Origin: Lama guanicoe
Lineage: Eukaryota
Direction: 5' to 3'
NCBI GenBank assembly: GCA_013239625.1
Contig: MU054187.1
Span: 18,034,711 to 18,098,710, forward strand
Length of the DNA: 64,000 bases
In this document: piece by piece, positions 12,517-24,573 of the stretch
How the letters are laid out: each line of letters begins with the position of its first letter
Position numbering within the stretch: the stretch's first letter is position 1
Translations under genes and position numbers: made by a program
Notes under the pieces: model-generated
Told to the model about the DNA's origin: nothing
Databases searched by the model: none
The model's input: the letters and a program-made list of their open reading frames with translations, nothing else

Positions 12517-14102
12517 ACCCCCCCAATTCACATAAATTACAGCAGGAATCATAAGGAAAGCATTAGTGATGAGAATTCTCATACACAGACTAGTTTATGG
12601 CATAAATTTATAAAATCTCCTTCTTTAGCATATGTTGAAATTAGGGATAAGTTGATGTTTATCTCTCTGAGACTATATAATTACAGCTCTGCTGGAAGCC
12701 ATAGCTATTAAAACATTGCAAAGTTCATTCTATCTCTATGATATTGTGATTAGAGACTGAGTGAAAGAAACATGGTGCTCTTTATTGGAATGACAAAATA
12801 CCTCTGCTTTTGCCTAGAAGGAATTAAAATGTTTTGTCTTTTCATTATTTGAGCAATATTACTAGTCTAGTCATAGTTCTCTCTGTTTTCACTGTTACCC
12901 ACAGAGGGAAAATATAAATGTCACATCAAAGATATTCATAAATATTAATGCTCCTGTATCAAGAAGTGTCCCTAATTCTATTTTTTCTCCCAAAGTGTTA
13001 TTTAGCTCATTTTAGCATTATGTACTGCGTCACATTATCAGATAATGTTTTGTTCTTGTTGCTGTTGCTTCAAACAAATGGAAGATCACTAGAAAGAGAA
13101 TAGAAGGAGATTGATAACAAAAATAAAATATAGATAAATGAATATTTTGTTGGTTTTTCCTTAAGTTATTGGCACATATTTATTGATCTTTTGTTGATTC
13201 ATTAAAACATTTATTGGACATAATCCATGGATCAGTCAAGGTGTTAGTAGATAGTCAAAGGCAGATAGACAGTCTTAGTCCTAGAAAGCCTTATAGTGAA
13301 AATAACGCTGGGTACCTCTGAGGCATGCCAGAAGAAACTGCTCCGTCCTCCATTGTGAAGGCTGCAGCAAATCCAAATGCATCTAAAGGAGATAGATCAT
13401 TGCTTCAGTTCTCTGTATGTGATCCCTGAGAAGCCCTGTATTTTCATAATGGTTTGGTAAGGGTGGACATCAGTGCTAAGGTGTTGAGGGACAAACTTGT
13501 TTTACCTCCAGATCCACAGCATATTTGGAAGTAGCTTCCTGATAACACTATTGAATTTGTCAGAGTACATAGGTGATATGTCCCAGACCTTTATCTTGTG
13601 TACAATATTTTATTCTCTAGCTTGAAATACATTTTATTTTTTTCTCCACAGTAAATCAGCCTGAAACACGCAGGCACGTATAATCAAATTGGGCCATCTC
13701 TTCAAAGTAAATAAATGTATCATCAGGGGAAATATTCTGGAATGAATTCAAAAAGTCTCCAAAGATATTAATCATAAACTATTGAAATGCAGTTGATGAA
13801 TTTCATGTGATAAACAGCAGTACTTCAAATCGCAAAACAGATATGCAGATGTCTCCCCCAGTTCCCTTTTCTAATTTGGAAAAAGGTTAAGTATTTAGTG
13901 TTGTTTGTTCACCACAGTAGCTGCAAAATTCAATTTACTTCCAAATGCTCTGTGACGTTTCTACCTGAAAGTATTCTCTTAACAGCATTTATTTTTAAAA
14001 TAGTTGACACACACTAAGTTTCCAAAACTATGCAAAACTTTCTGGAGAGAAGGATGATCAAAGCAAACTTGCCTCTGAAATCAAGAAACCTAAAAGGGAG
14101 AC

Positions 14103-14463
14103 TGCTGTGGACTTCACGTTTGTGTCCCTCTACATTCTATGTAGAAACTTAATACCCAGTGGGATTAGGTCCTTGCAGGTGAGCCCTTTTGGAGGTGATT
14201 CAATCATGAGAGCAGAGCCCTCCTGAATGGAATTTGTGTCCTTATAAAGGGGACCCCAGAGAGCTCTCACTCCTTCTGCCACTTGAAGACACAGCTAGAA
14301 GACAGCTGTCTATGGACCAGAAACAGACTCTCACTAGACACAATGTCTGCCAGTACCTTGATATTGGACTTCCAGCCTCCAGAATGGTGAAAAATAATTT
14401 TCTGTTGTTTATAAGCCACTCAGTTTATGGTATATTCTTACAGCAACCTGAACAGACTAAGAG
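14103..14463 (+). mobile_element. MaLR solo LTR (MLT1A0-like)
   Basis: TGCTGTGGAC...GTTTGTGTCCC start; GGACTTCCAGCCTCCAGAA...GAACAGACTAAGA end; GAGAC on both flanks. Confidence 0.9.
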
Positions 14464-14508
14464 AGACAGACCAATTTTTTCATGGAATGAAGTAAATGTT
14501 ATAGAGAT

Positions 14509-14646
14509 AAGTTCAGAGTGTTATGGCATGTAAAGAAGAATCCTTTAGACCAGAAAGTTCAGAGTGTTATGGCATGTAAAGAAGAATCCTTTAGACCAGA
14601 AAGTTCAGAGTGTTATGGCATGTAAAGAAGAATCCTTTAGACCAGA
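14509..14646. repeat. Perfect tandem repeat, 3 x 46 bp
   Basis: AAGTTCAGAGTGTTATGGCATGTAAAGAAGAATCCTTTAGACCAGA at 14509, 14555 and 14601 with no spacers. Confidence 0.97.
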
Positions 14647-14659
14647 GTAAATGACATGT

Positions 14660-14775
14660 ACCTAACTGCCTGATACAAACCCAACACATGCCTTTCTTCT
14701 CCAACAAATAATTAACTCCTCTTTCTCACTCAACAGTGTCCCAGTTTGGATAATGAATTATAAGATCACACACCT
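14660..14775 (-). mobile_element. MER94-like hAT-Blackjack relic
   Basis: CTCAACAGTGTCCCAGTTTGGATAATGAATTAT resembles reverse of the MER94 end. Confidence 0.6.
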
Positions 14776-14859
14776 AAAATACACTGGCAAGGTTAATTTG
14801 TTGGGGCATAGGAAGGGTTGAACGGAGGAAGGCTACCCTGGATGACACCACATCTGAGA

Positions 14860-15460
14860 AATGCAAATATCTCAGCATAGTGGAGTGCTGGGAAGCCGTT
14901 TGGGACATGGGTTCCTCTGGGGCAAGAAACAATAGAGTTATGCAGAAGCCAGATGGCAAAGGATGTTGTATGCCTTGCTAAAAAGTTAGGCATTAAAAAA
15001 AAAAAATCCTGACTGTAATGAAAGTTTTTAAAAGCAAAACTTCAAGGACCAGATACATACTTTTTAAAATGCACTGTGGCAGCAGTACAGAGCATGACTC
15101 ACAGATTAAAAGACATGGACACCCATTCAGAGGCTGTTTCCATAGTTCAATCAAGAAACAAGTCTCTATCTATGGAAGCAGTAATGGGAAATAGAGACTG
15201 AGGTAGAAAAATATGAAAATATTCAATATATACTCTGTAGAACTTGGCAACTGATTGGATATGACAAGGTAAGTTATTAGGAAGCATGAAGATTATATCC
15301 CAGTTTCCTTCATGAGCCACTGGGTAAACATTTACTGTGGCAGAACACAAGAAGAAGATCAGTTGTACTTATTACTTTGGGGTTTGGGGGCAGTAGGGGA
15401 GGGAAGAAGATAATGAGATGAGTATGGGGTATATGTGTTTTCCTTAAGTGGCCTTATGGA
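14860..15460 (-). mobile_element. L2 relic
   Basis: GAACTTGGCAACTGATTGGATATG and similar purine-rich antisense L2 motifs. Confidence 0.6.
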
Positions 15461-15525
15461 ACAGTGCTTAAAAGGATGGGCTTTGAACTAGATTATAATT
15501 TCCCTGTAGGAAAAGACAGTATGAC

Positions 15526-17650
15526 CAGAAGAGCCAACACAATATTGAAACAGAAGAACGAAGTTGGAGGACTGACAGTATGCAGCTTCAAGACTTATTA
15601 TAAAGTTACATTAAACAAGATAATGTCCTATTGGTGCAATAATAGAAAAATAGGTCCGTGGAGTGGAATAGAGAGCTCTGAAATAGACCTGCATAAAAGT
15701 AATCAACTGATATTTAACAAAAGATCAAAGGCGGTACAATGGAAAAAGATAAGTCTTTTCAACAAAAGATTCTGGAACAAATGGACACCCACATGCAAAA
15801 ATAAAGGTGAATTGAGACATAGACTTTACACCATTTACGAAAATTGACTCAAAATGGATCATAGACCTAAATCTAAAATACAAAACAATAAAACTCCTAG
15901 CAAATAGCACAGGAGAAAATTTAGATAGTCTTTTGCATGACGATGTCATTTTAGACACAACACCAAAGGTACAGTTGATGAAAGAAGTAATTGATAAGCT
16001 GGACTTAAAGTTAAAACCTTCTGCTCTATAAAAGACAACAAGAGAATGAGAAGACTAAGCACAGACTGGGAGAAAATATTTTAAAAAGACATATCTTATG
16101 AAGAACTGGTATCCAAAATACACGTAATCTCTTAAAGCTCAACAGTAAGAAAACAAGCAACCTGATTAACAATTTGGCCAAAGACCTTAACAGACACCTC
16201 ATCAAAGATGATGGACACATGGCAAGTAAGTATATGAAATATTCTCCACGTCATCTGTCACCAGGAAAATGCAAATTTAAACAGTGAGATATCACTACAC
16301 ACCTATTAGAATGGTCCGAATCCAAAATACTGACAACACCAAAGGCTGGCAAGGTTGTGGGGCAATAGGAGCTCTCATTCATTGTTGGAGGGAATACACA
16401 ATGGTACAGCCACTTTGAAAGACAGATTGGCAGTTTCATACAAAATAAATGTACTTTTACCATATGATTCACCAATCATGGTCTTTGGTATTTACCCAAA
16501 TGAATTAAAAACTTATGCCCACACCAAAACCTGCACAGAGATGTTTACAGCAGTTTTATTCATAATTTGCCAAAACTTGGAAGCTACCGATATGTCCTTC
16601 AGTAAGTAAATAGATAAATACACTGTGATACATCCAGACAATGCAGTATTATTCAACAGCCCCCCCCCAAAAGAGCTATCAAGGCTTTAGAAGACATAAA
16701 ACCTTAAGTGCACATTACTAAGTGAAAGAAAACAATCTGAAAAGGCTGCATGTGGGAGCCCACGTTTGGGTTAATAAATTGTAACAGACCCCAGCCACTT
16801 GTGACCTTTAGGAAAAACAAATGTGTTTCGTTAGCAGGCACCTGTGCATCAGCACTCCTGTCTCCTTGCCGTATAAAGCAGAGATAATTCCTTGCTTGCA
16901 TAGTTGAGGTTCTAGCTTAGGGCTGCTTCTGCAATGGCAAAGCCATTGTATGTCCCTTGCTATAAACGCAGGACACAGCTTATTTTAAGCATAGGTCCAT
17001 AGATCAGGGTTCACTCTGCTCGATGCAAAGCGATGACCCATGCCCTCAGCTATAAACACTGGGCATGCTTTCTGCTGTTTAGATAGTCTGTAACCCTCAA
17101 GACAAGGGACTAGCTGGTCTGGTGGTCTGTTTTGCAATCAACATCTTATGTCTGAAGCATGTACCTTGTTCCCCTCCCCCCATGACTGCCTGAAGATAAA
17201 TTAAGCCTCTGTGCTCGTTGTGGATTTTATGATCTCGACCCGATCCTGTTTTTCCTTAAACTCCTGGATTCCACGACACAATTGTTTGTGATCTTTTATT
17301 TGACTGTACACAATAAATACGGGAGTGTTTGAGAGGCTCAAGGAGTTGGTCTCCAACTTCCTCTTGCTCTCTTGACTTTCCAGAGTCTTGTGTAATTCAT
17401 TCCATCTCAGTGGGACTCTTGCTGGACAGAACCCACAGCTACATATGGTATGACTCCAAATATATAATATTCTAAAGATAAAACAATGGAAACAGTAAAA
17501 AGATCAGTGGTTGTCAGGACTTGTTGGGGGAGGGAAGAATAGATGGAGCAGAGAGGAATTTTAGGACAATGCAAATACTCTCTATGATATCATAATGATA
17601 GATACATGCCATTATATACTTGTCCAAACCCATAGAATGTACAACATCAA
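15526..17650 (+). mobile_element. L1 (L1MC1/2-like) ORF2 3' part and 3' UTR, interrupted by an LTR
   Basis: ORF 15464-15847 (ANTILKQKNEVGGLT...FKTYYK) is L1 ORF2; 3' UTR resumes after 17437. Confidence 0.9.
16751..17437 (+). mobile_element. ERV solo LTR with 6-bp TSD (ERV2/betaretrovirus-like)
   Basis: TGTGGG...CCCACA inverted termini; TSD GCTGCA/GCTACA; AATAAA at 17312; cleanly splits the L1 3' UTR. Confidence 0.85.
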
Positions 17651-17679
17651 CCACGTCCTGTGCATTTTGCAAGGTCCAT

Positions 17680-18013
17680 GTGATCCAGTTTGGTACAAAG
17701 TCAAGAAAGCAGCAGGGGCTGGTTTAGACTTCCAGAAGAGCCTTTTAAGAGGCATGCTCTTCAGTCTTTTCCGCTTTATCTTTCTTTGAGCCTGGGTAGC
17801 AGGTGCAGGCACCATCTTTGTAAGCAGGAAGATGAAAGCCGGATGCTAAGAATGGCGGAGTGGAGAGACAACGGGAGCCGGAGACGGGAAGGCTATCTAT
17901 CCCGTGGCTGCTGCTGCTGCAGTGTTGGGCTGCCTGCTTTTAGATTCCTGGTTACTTTTCTCTTATATACCATTTTTCTTGACACACAAGCAAAGGCAAT
18001 TTAGACTAATGCA
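17680..18013 (+). mobile_element. Old MaLR LTR relic (MLT1J/K-like)
   Basis: GAAGATGAAAGCCGGATGCTAAGAATGGCGGAG...AGACTAATGCA. Confidence 0.55.
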
Positions 18014-19258
18014 CAGAGAAAGTAAAAAGCATCTCACAAGCTGTTTTCAAATCTGATTATTACTGCTAGGTAAACATGGTCTATAGCTGGACCAATGATA
18101 TTTGATGGTTCTCTTGTGTTTACTGTAATTTTCAAGATTGTCTGATTGAGGAAGCAGAATTTCATGTTTTTAACATTTATGCTTTTTTAACTAGAAACTC
18201 ATAGAAATATAAAAACAGGTGTGCCTTTATGCTTCAAATAGGAAGGTAAAATGTGCTCCCGTTCTAATTCAAAACCAAGACTGAAATGCAACCATAGGAA
18301 ATAAGAAGACTGAAGTGACATTTTATTTCCCCCTAATTACCAACTCAGAGTAAAATCATAAATCCAATAAAGTTCAATTCTTAATCTAGGAAACCCATTT
18401 GAGCGTTTAAAGTCGACTATTGCATTAACGTTGTCTTCACCAAGCTTGCTAATGCTCACTTAGCTACTGCTAATGAAACAAAGAGTAGCATCTGTCCCTT
18501 TATATAAATATACATTATATTACATTTTTAAAAGAATTGTCTAGTTTTTCTGAATCATTGCAAAATTCTAGACACCAGAAGGCTGTCAAACTCCTTGAAA
18601 TCATTACCTCAGTGTTCTATTTTCTACCATCAATATATAGTGAATGGTATAGCATTCTTTAGGTCCTTAAAGAAAATGATTTCAAAGAGTGTAAACTTGG
18701 TGTATTTCTGTATATTTCTATATATAAAATATAAAATGAGAAGCCCATGTGTTCACTTAATTTCATTTACAGCTGACTTGAATTTCTAACCGTTGGTTCA
18801 TGATACCTGATTTATAAATCTTTTGCACTGTATTGAGGAGTCTTAATCAATGTCCCTGCATCATGAATGCTTTGCACATGCTGGTTTTTTTTGTTGTTGT
18901 TCCAAATTTTCCAAGAATACAACCTGATTACTTAAAGAGTCTTCTTTCTACATTTGTTTTGCAGCAGTTAAATTTGTTCAGTTCTACATGCTCCCATCTT
19001 CTATCCAGCTCTTATGAAGCTTAAAATCTTTACGTACGTTACAACAAGGAGCTTCTAAGTAACAAAAGGAAAGGGGTAATATAAGGCGCTAAAGTCTTTC
19101 TCCTCCAAGAAAATTTCAAAGTGAGCAAGTGAGCACTAAAATCTGGAATATAATCCAAATCCGGAATATAATTCTTTCTCTCATTGTACACAAATTCCCA
19201 GCTTATTTATGGTTTCAGGACAGACGTCTTGATTTTCCTTTAAAATTTGAAATTCAGT

Positions 19259-19397
19259 GGGGAGGGTATAGCTCAAGTGGCAGAGCACATACTTAACATG
19301 CACGAGGTCCTGGGTTCAATCCCCAGTCCCTCATCTAAAAAGAAATAAACCTAATTACCTCCCCCAACTGGACAAAATAAAATAAATAATACAATAG
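19259..19397 (+). mobile_element. tRNA-Ala-derived SINE (Vic-1-like)
   Basis: GGGGAGGGTATAGCTCAAGTGG...GAGGTCCTGGGTTCAATCCCC...AAACCTAATTACCTCCCC; TSD TAAAATTTGAAATTCAGT / TAAAATTTCAAATTCAAT. Confidence 0.92.
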
Positions 19398-19654
19398 TAA
19401 AATTTCAAATTCAATGGTATGATATTCCTTCAAATCTCAGATGGTGCATTAGCATGGACTGTTGGATGCTCCCACAAGTTTAATGGTTATAAGAAAAAAA
19501 TATGGTGAAAAAAATGCCAGGAAATAATACTACAAGAAAACTTACTAATTTATTAACAATAACAAACATTGAAGGATAACACAGGGGAGGACAGGTAGGG
19601 TAGGTGTGATGTGGAGGGCAGGGTGACAAAGGGGATTAATGTAGTTATGGAAGA

Positions 19655-20315
19655 AGATTAAAGAGCCAAAATAAGCAAGGCACAACTGAAAAAGGAGGAA
19701 ATACTTGCCTTATGAGATATCAGGACTTATTGTGAAGCTACAGTATTTATGACAAAATAGAAATAAAATAGAAATAACAATAGAAAACTGCTCATTACAT
19801 AGTTTAGAGAGCTCAGAATAAGATCTGTGCAAATAGACAACTTTATTTACGGCATTAGAGAACCCAGAATAGACCCATATACATAGACAACTACGTTATA
19901 TCCACAAACAGCACAGCAGATCAGTAAAGAAAAAAGGGGAAACTGGACAATTAATGTATCTGGAGAAAAATTTTCCACATGGAAAGAGAAAATAAAATTA
20001 GATCCTTATTTCACCGCTAGATGCAGATGAGCTACAAATGAATTCAGATCTAAAATTTTAAAGTCAAAATTTTACATTTTTATTAGAAAATATAGGTAAG
20101 TAGTCCTTTGATCTTGTGGTTTGGAAAGATTTCCCAAATAAGACATGCACTCAAAAAGTAACCATAAATAAAATAATTGGTAAATTTGACTGCATATCAT
20201 TAAGAAAAAATTATCAGAATACAATGAAAGTGAAAATATGAGTTAAAAAATTGGAAGATGATATCTGTGATTCATATAACAGACAATTATTTGCAAAATA
20301 TACACAATTCATATA
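19655..20315 (+). mobile_element. Ancient L1 (L1ME-like) ORF2 relic
   Basis: GATATCAGGACTTATTGTGAAGCTACAGTA...TTAGATCCTTATTTCACC; heavily decayed. Confidence 0.7.
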
Positions 20316-20321
20316 ATTTTA

Positions 20322-20900
20322 ATAAACTTTACTTTTTAAGAGCAGTTTTAGGTTCACAGCAAAATTGGGCAGAAAGTACAAAGTTCCCATAATTCCCTAC
20401 TCCAACATGCTCTCACCTGTTCCCTCAGTTGACATCCTGCAGCAGAGTGGTACCTCCGTTACAACTGACAAACCTACACTGACACATCAGTATCACCCCA
20501 AGTCCATACTTTACATTAAAGTTCAGTCCTGGTGCTGTACATTTTATTGGATTTTGACAAATATGGGATGACATGTATCCACCATTATAGTATCGTACAA
20601 AATAGTTTCAATGCCCTAAAAATCTTCCGTGCTCCACCTATTCAACCCTACCTCACCCCTAAGCCTGACAAACACTGATCTTGTTACTGTCTCCATAGTT
20701 TCACCTTTTCCAAAATATATGATTGGAATTATACAGCATGTAGACTTTTCATATTGGCTTTTTTCACTTAGCAATATGCATTTAAATTTCTATATCTTCT
20801 AAAGCCTTGATAACTCATTTCTTTTTGGTGTGAATAATACTCCATCATCTGGATGTATCACAGTGTATTTGTCTGTTTACCTACTGAAGGACATTTTTGC
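20322..20900 (-). mobile_element. L1MC1/2-like 3' end
   Basis: GAGCAGTTTTAGGTTCACAGCAAAATTG...CAGAGTGGTAC...GACATGTATCCACCATTATAGTATC. Confidence 0.9.
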
Positions 20901-21889
20901 CAAAATGTACCGAGGGAAAAAGAGACAATGACTCTACTGAAGGCTTCAAGTCAATATCACACACAAAAATCAGTTAAGAACATCAAAAAAATTAAGCACG
21001 AATAATTATTTTACACATATTTCCTCAAAAGGAAAGTGGCAAATTTTCTCTAGTCAGCAAGTTTTTCACTAAATCACAGAGCTGCATGCCAATCTTTTCC
21101 ACCTTAGAGGTAGCGACAAAGTTTATTCTAAAATATTTGATCAATTATATACAACGTCAAGGTGACTTTGGAGAAAACATTTGCCACGAGTATTGTTCTT
21201 AATCTAAATTTAACAATTTATTCTAAGTATATTCAACATTATTTTTTTAAAAAGAGCTCTGTAAGCATAATTTACACGGAAGAGGGGCAAGAATTTTGAA
21301 AGTCTATATTTACCATTAAATTACAGAATGAGAATTCTGTTGAAAATCTTTTTCATCTCTGTATCAATTTTTATTTCATTAATTATGGGACTTATTTTCT
21401 AAAGGAATATATTCCTTGAGTAACAAACTTCTAGAGTTAGAGGACTTTAAAAACCATATATTCATTAATTTGACAACTATTTGCTGCAAACCTACCCTAT
21501 GTAAGGCACTGTTTACAATGCTAGAGACATAGTGATGCAGAAAGGCAGACTCTCCTTTGTCTTCATAGAAGTTTTATACTAATTGAGGGAAAGGGAATGT
21601 AAGTCGGAAAAAGAACCAAGAAGAAAACAAAACAAGAGGAAGCATGTTTACGTTTAAATCTTTTTTCACATACTTACCAAATGATCATTAAATCTTTCCT
21701 CGGAAATAAAGTTGGTTTAGTTCATATTATGGATTTTGAAATGAGATAAATAACTCCATCAAACCGCTCAAGAATTAATAAACATATCTAGGAACATGGG
21801 ATGGGTACAGAGTGCAGTTCCTAAAATTCCTTCTCACCCACCATGCAAATTGTTCTATTGGGGCTGATCTCGCCTTCTAGTCCCAAGAG

Positions 21890-22260
21890 TTGTCACAAGA
21901 GCCAGATGTGACTAGTCAGAGCTTTTCACGCCAACCTCCTCCATGATAACTGATAGAGGACTGGGCATGCAACCCAATTAGGGCAATAACCATAAAGCCT
22001 GGGATGTCTTCTGGAACTCTGAGCCAGAAAATCCCCACATCTGCTAGGCTTATTAAATAGGTAAGGTACACACCTAAAGCTGTTTCTTAGAAGAGGATTC
22101 CTACATGATAATGAGGCCAGTAGAGAGGAAGGGACAGCCAAGGAATGTAAGGAGAGGCCATGTTTGGAGGACATCATTTAGGGTGCTTGGATTCAGCCTT
22201 GCCTGAAGTTGCTAATCTAACTCTAGAGCCTATATGAGCTCTATATGAGTCTTTTCCCCT
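21890..22260 (+). mobile_element. Old MaLR LTR relic (MLT1K-like)
   Basis: GACATCATTTAGGGTGCTTGGATTCAGCCTTGCCTGAAG. Confidence 0.55.
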
Positions 22261-23474
22261 CCATAAATTGGTAATTTAATCCCGTTTTCTTAAATGTCAC
22301 TCTACCTTGTATTCTTGCTTTCGTGTTCCTCATGGAACACCACGTTTAAGTGGTACTCAAGATCTCTTTTCCCAGACAGGTTACACATTCCTATTAGGCA
22401 GAAGTAGCATTATATTTATCTCTATCCCATCATTGCTTAATAAATCTTCTGCCTCACAAAGCATGCTCAACAAGTGCAGGAAGAAGAAAAGAATAGGGGA
22501 AGGAGGTAAGGGAAGAGAGAATGGGATTGGCATAAAGCCCAAATTTTAGAAGAAGTGTCATTTATTCTTTTTTATTCCCCTTTCCTATCATAGAAAACAA
22601 ACAAGGAAATCAAGACTTGCCCCTTGGACTTTCCCACTGCCCGTACTGTGCTCACACAAAGGCTGATAATGCGCCATAAATTTTATTGACAGGGCTGATA
22701 TTACATATTCCGTCTTATTGTCAGAACGATGCTGAATGATGCCTCCTCAGGTTTTTTTTTTTTTTTTGATTCAGAAAATATGACCATTGTACTTACTCAT
22801 GGACAAGGGAACTATATTCACCAAGTAATAAATCTTGGCTGTCAGTAGAACCCACAGGCCAATGCATTTCAGGGTGTGATGACATCCCTCCTGAAGTGCA
22901 GGATTCCTGTGAGCAATGACAGGCAAGCTGAGATCACTTGAGCTTGCAGAAGTAGTCAGAAGGAATATTTAAAAACATGTTACTGAAGTTGGAGTAAAAT
23001 GTGGCGAGTGGGGAAAAAAAATGCTTGCTTTCAGGTACAGTCACTGAGAGAGGCTAAATTAAAATGTCAGATGCAATAATTGAGGTAACCTTCTCCTTGG
23101 TTAAAAAAAATGCACAGCAGCCATTCTAGGTATCGGCTAAGATATTCTCTGTTTTATGCATCTTTGTATCGATCTACCAGAGCAGATACTAAAGGCAGTG
23201 CAATCTTACTTTAAATGTATCTTCAGTTCTCAGTAAGACAGGAATTTCTACAGTTAGGAAGAGCTATTCTGATACAGCTGGTCTTATTGTTGTGTTAGTG
23301 TTTTCATTCATAAACGCGAACATAGCGGTCATAGTGAATGTCAAAACCCACAGTTGAAAAAAAAATGAATTACACAGGGAGAAATTGAATTAGAGGGGTT
23401 CGCTTATAGGTGTTTCATATGCTTCCTAGTCGATCATTAATTCAAAATACAGGAAATGGAAACTTCATTAGAGC

Positions 23475-23705
23475 TAGTGGTAGATGACTGGAACTTGGAG
23501 CTTGACTGTTTATGTTTAAAACGTCGCTTGACTATTAGAGGACCCTGGGCATGTCATGTAACTACTCCGAGCCTCAGTTTTCATGGCTTTAAGCTAAGAA
23601 TGAAAATCATGGCACCTGTTTGGTAAGGTTGTGGTGAAGGTTAAATGAGTTAATGCATGTAAAGGTCCTGGAATATTGCCTGGCATGAAACAAGTGCTGA
23701 ATAGA
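23475..23705 (+). mobile_element. MIR
   Basis: CCGAGCCTCAGTTTT...GGTTGTGGTGAAGGTTAAATGAGTTAATGCATGTAAAG core. Confidence 0.85.
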
Positions 23706-24056
23706 GTATATTGCTCCTGTATTCTCTGATACATCTATATTTATATATGTGTATATATGCACTCACACACACATATATGTGTGTACATATACACACATAA
23801 GACACCCATACATATATATACATATATATAAGACTTACCTTATTTTGGAAAAATGGGTTAAAAATCTTTTCTAACTTTCCTCAGGGGAGCAGGACCAAGA
23901 ATACAAGCCTGTCTAAGGGATGATAAGTCTAACATGCTCAGTCTTCTTCGTAACTCAATCCTCCTTAAAGAAGCCTGAAACACATGAATGCAGTGACCTT
24001 CCTGGGACCTTATTAGACATTACTGACAGCCATAGGCTATTTTTCACAAGTGCAGT

Positions 24057-24573
24057 TGTAACAGGGAAGAACAAATCTGACTCTACATTAGACCTGTTCC
24101 TTTAGCTCTAACCCTGGGCTCTGTTTCCTGGGCTCAGCCCTGCTGGTTCTGCACCTTTTGTAAAAGAATGTTGCCTGTGGCCTGAAATATACAGGAGAGC
24201 CCATTCTCAAGGCTCTGACCTTTAAGGGTCTAACACTTTTCCATTCACATGGAGATACAGAGTTGCAGAACAGAGAATAACATTTGTCTTGTCGGAAATT
24301 TACAGGATCGTCATGACCTGAGCTACATGAACACCTGCAAGAACAAAGGATTCTGACACCAAGAAGTTTGCAACAACCAACCCCCTCCTCTGCTTTTTTA
24401 GTATACAAGGAGCTGAATTCTGACTTGAGGAAGATAGTTCTCTAGGACGTTAGTCCCTCACTATCTCAGTCTGCTGGATTTCTGAGTAAAGTCACTATTC
24501 CTGCCCCAGCACCTCATCTCCCAATTTACTGATCTGTCATGCAGTAAGCAGAATGAGTTTGGACTTGGTAATG
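24057..24573 (+). mobile_element. ERV1 solo LTR (MER41-like)
   Basis: TGTAACAGGG start; GCAGAATGAGTTTGGACTTGGTAA end as in MER41; AGTAAA poly(A) signal; 4-bp TSD CAGT/CTGT. Confidence 0.85.

Noticed and set aside
14509..14646. CRISPR-like array
   Set aside because: Units are contiguous with no unique spacers, there are no cas genes, and the context is mammalian.
19259..19335. tRNA-Ala gene (also 12432 and 32994)
   Set aside because: Broken stems, SINE tails and TSDs indicate SINE copies.
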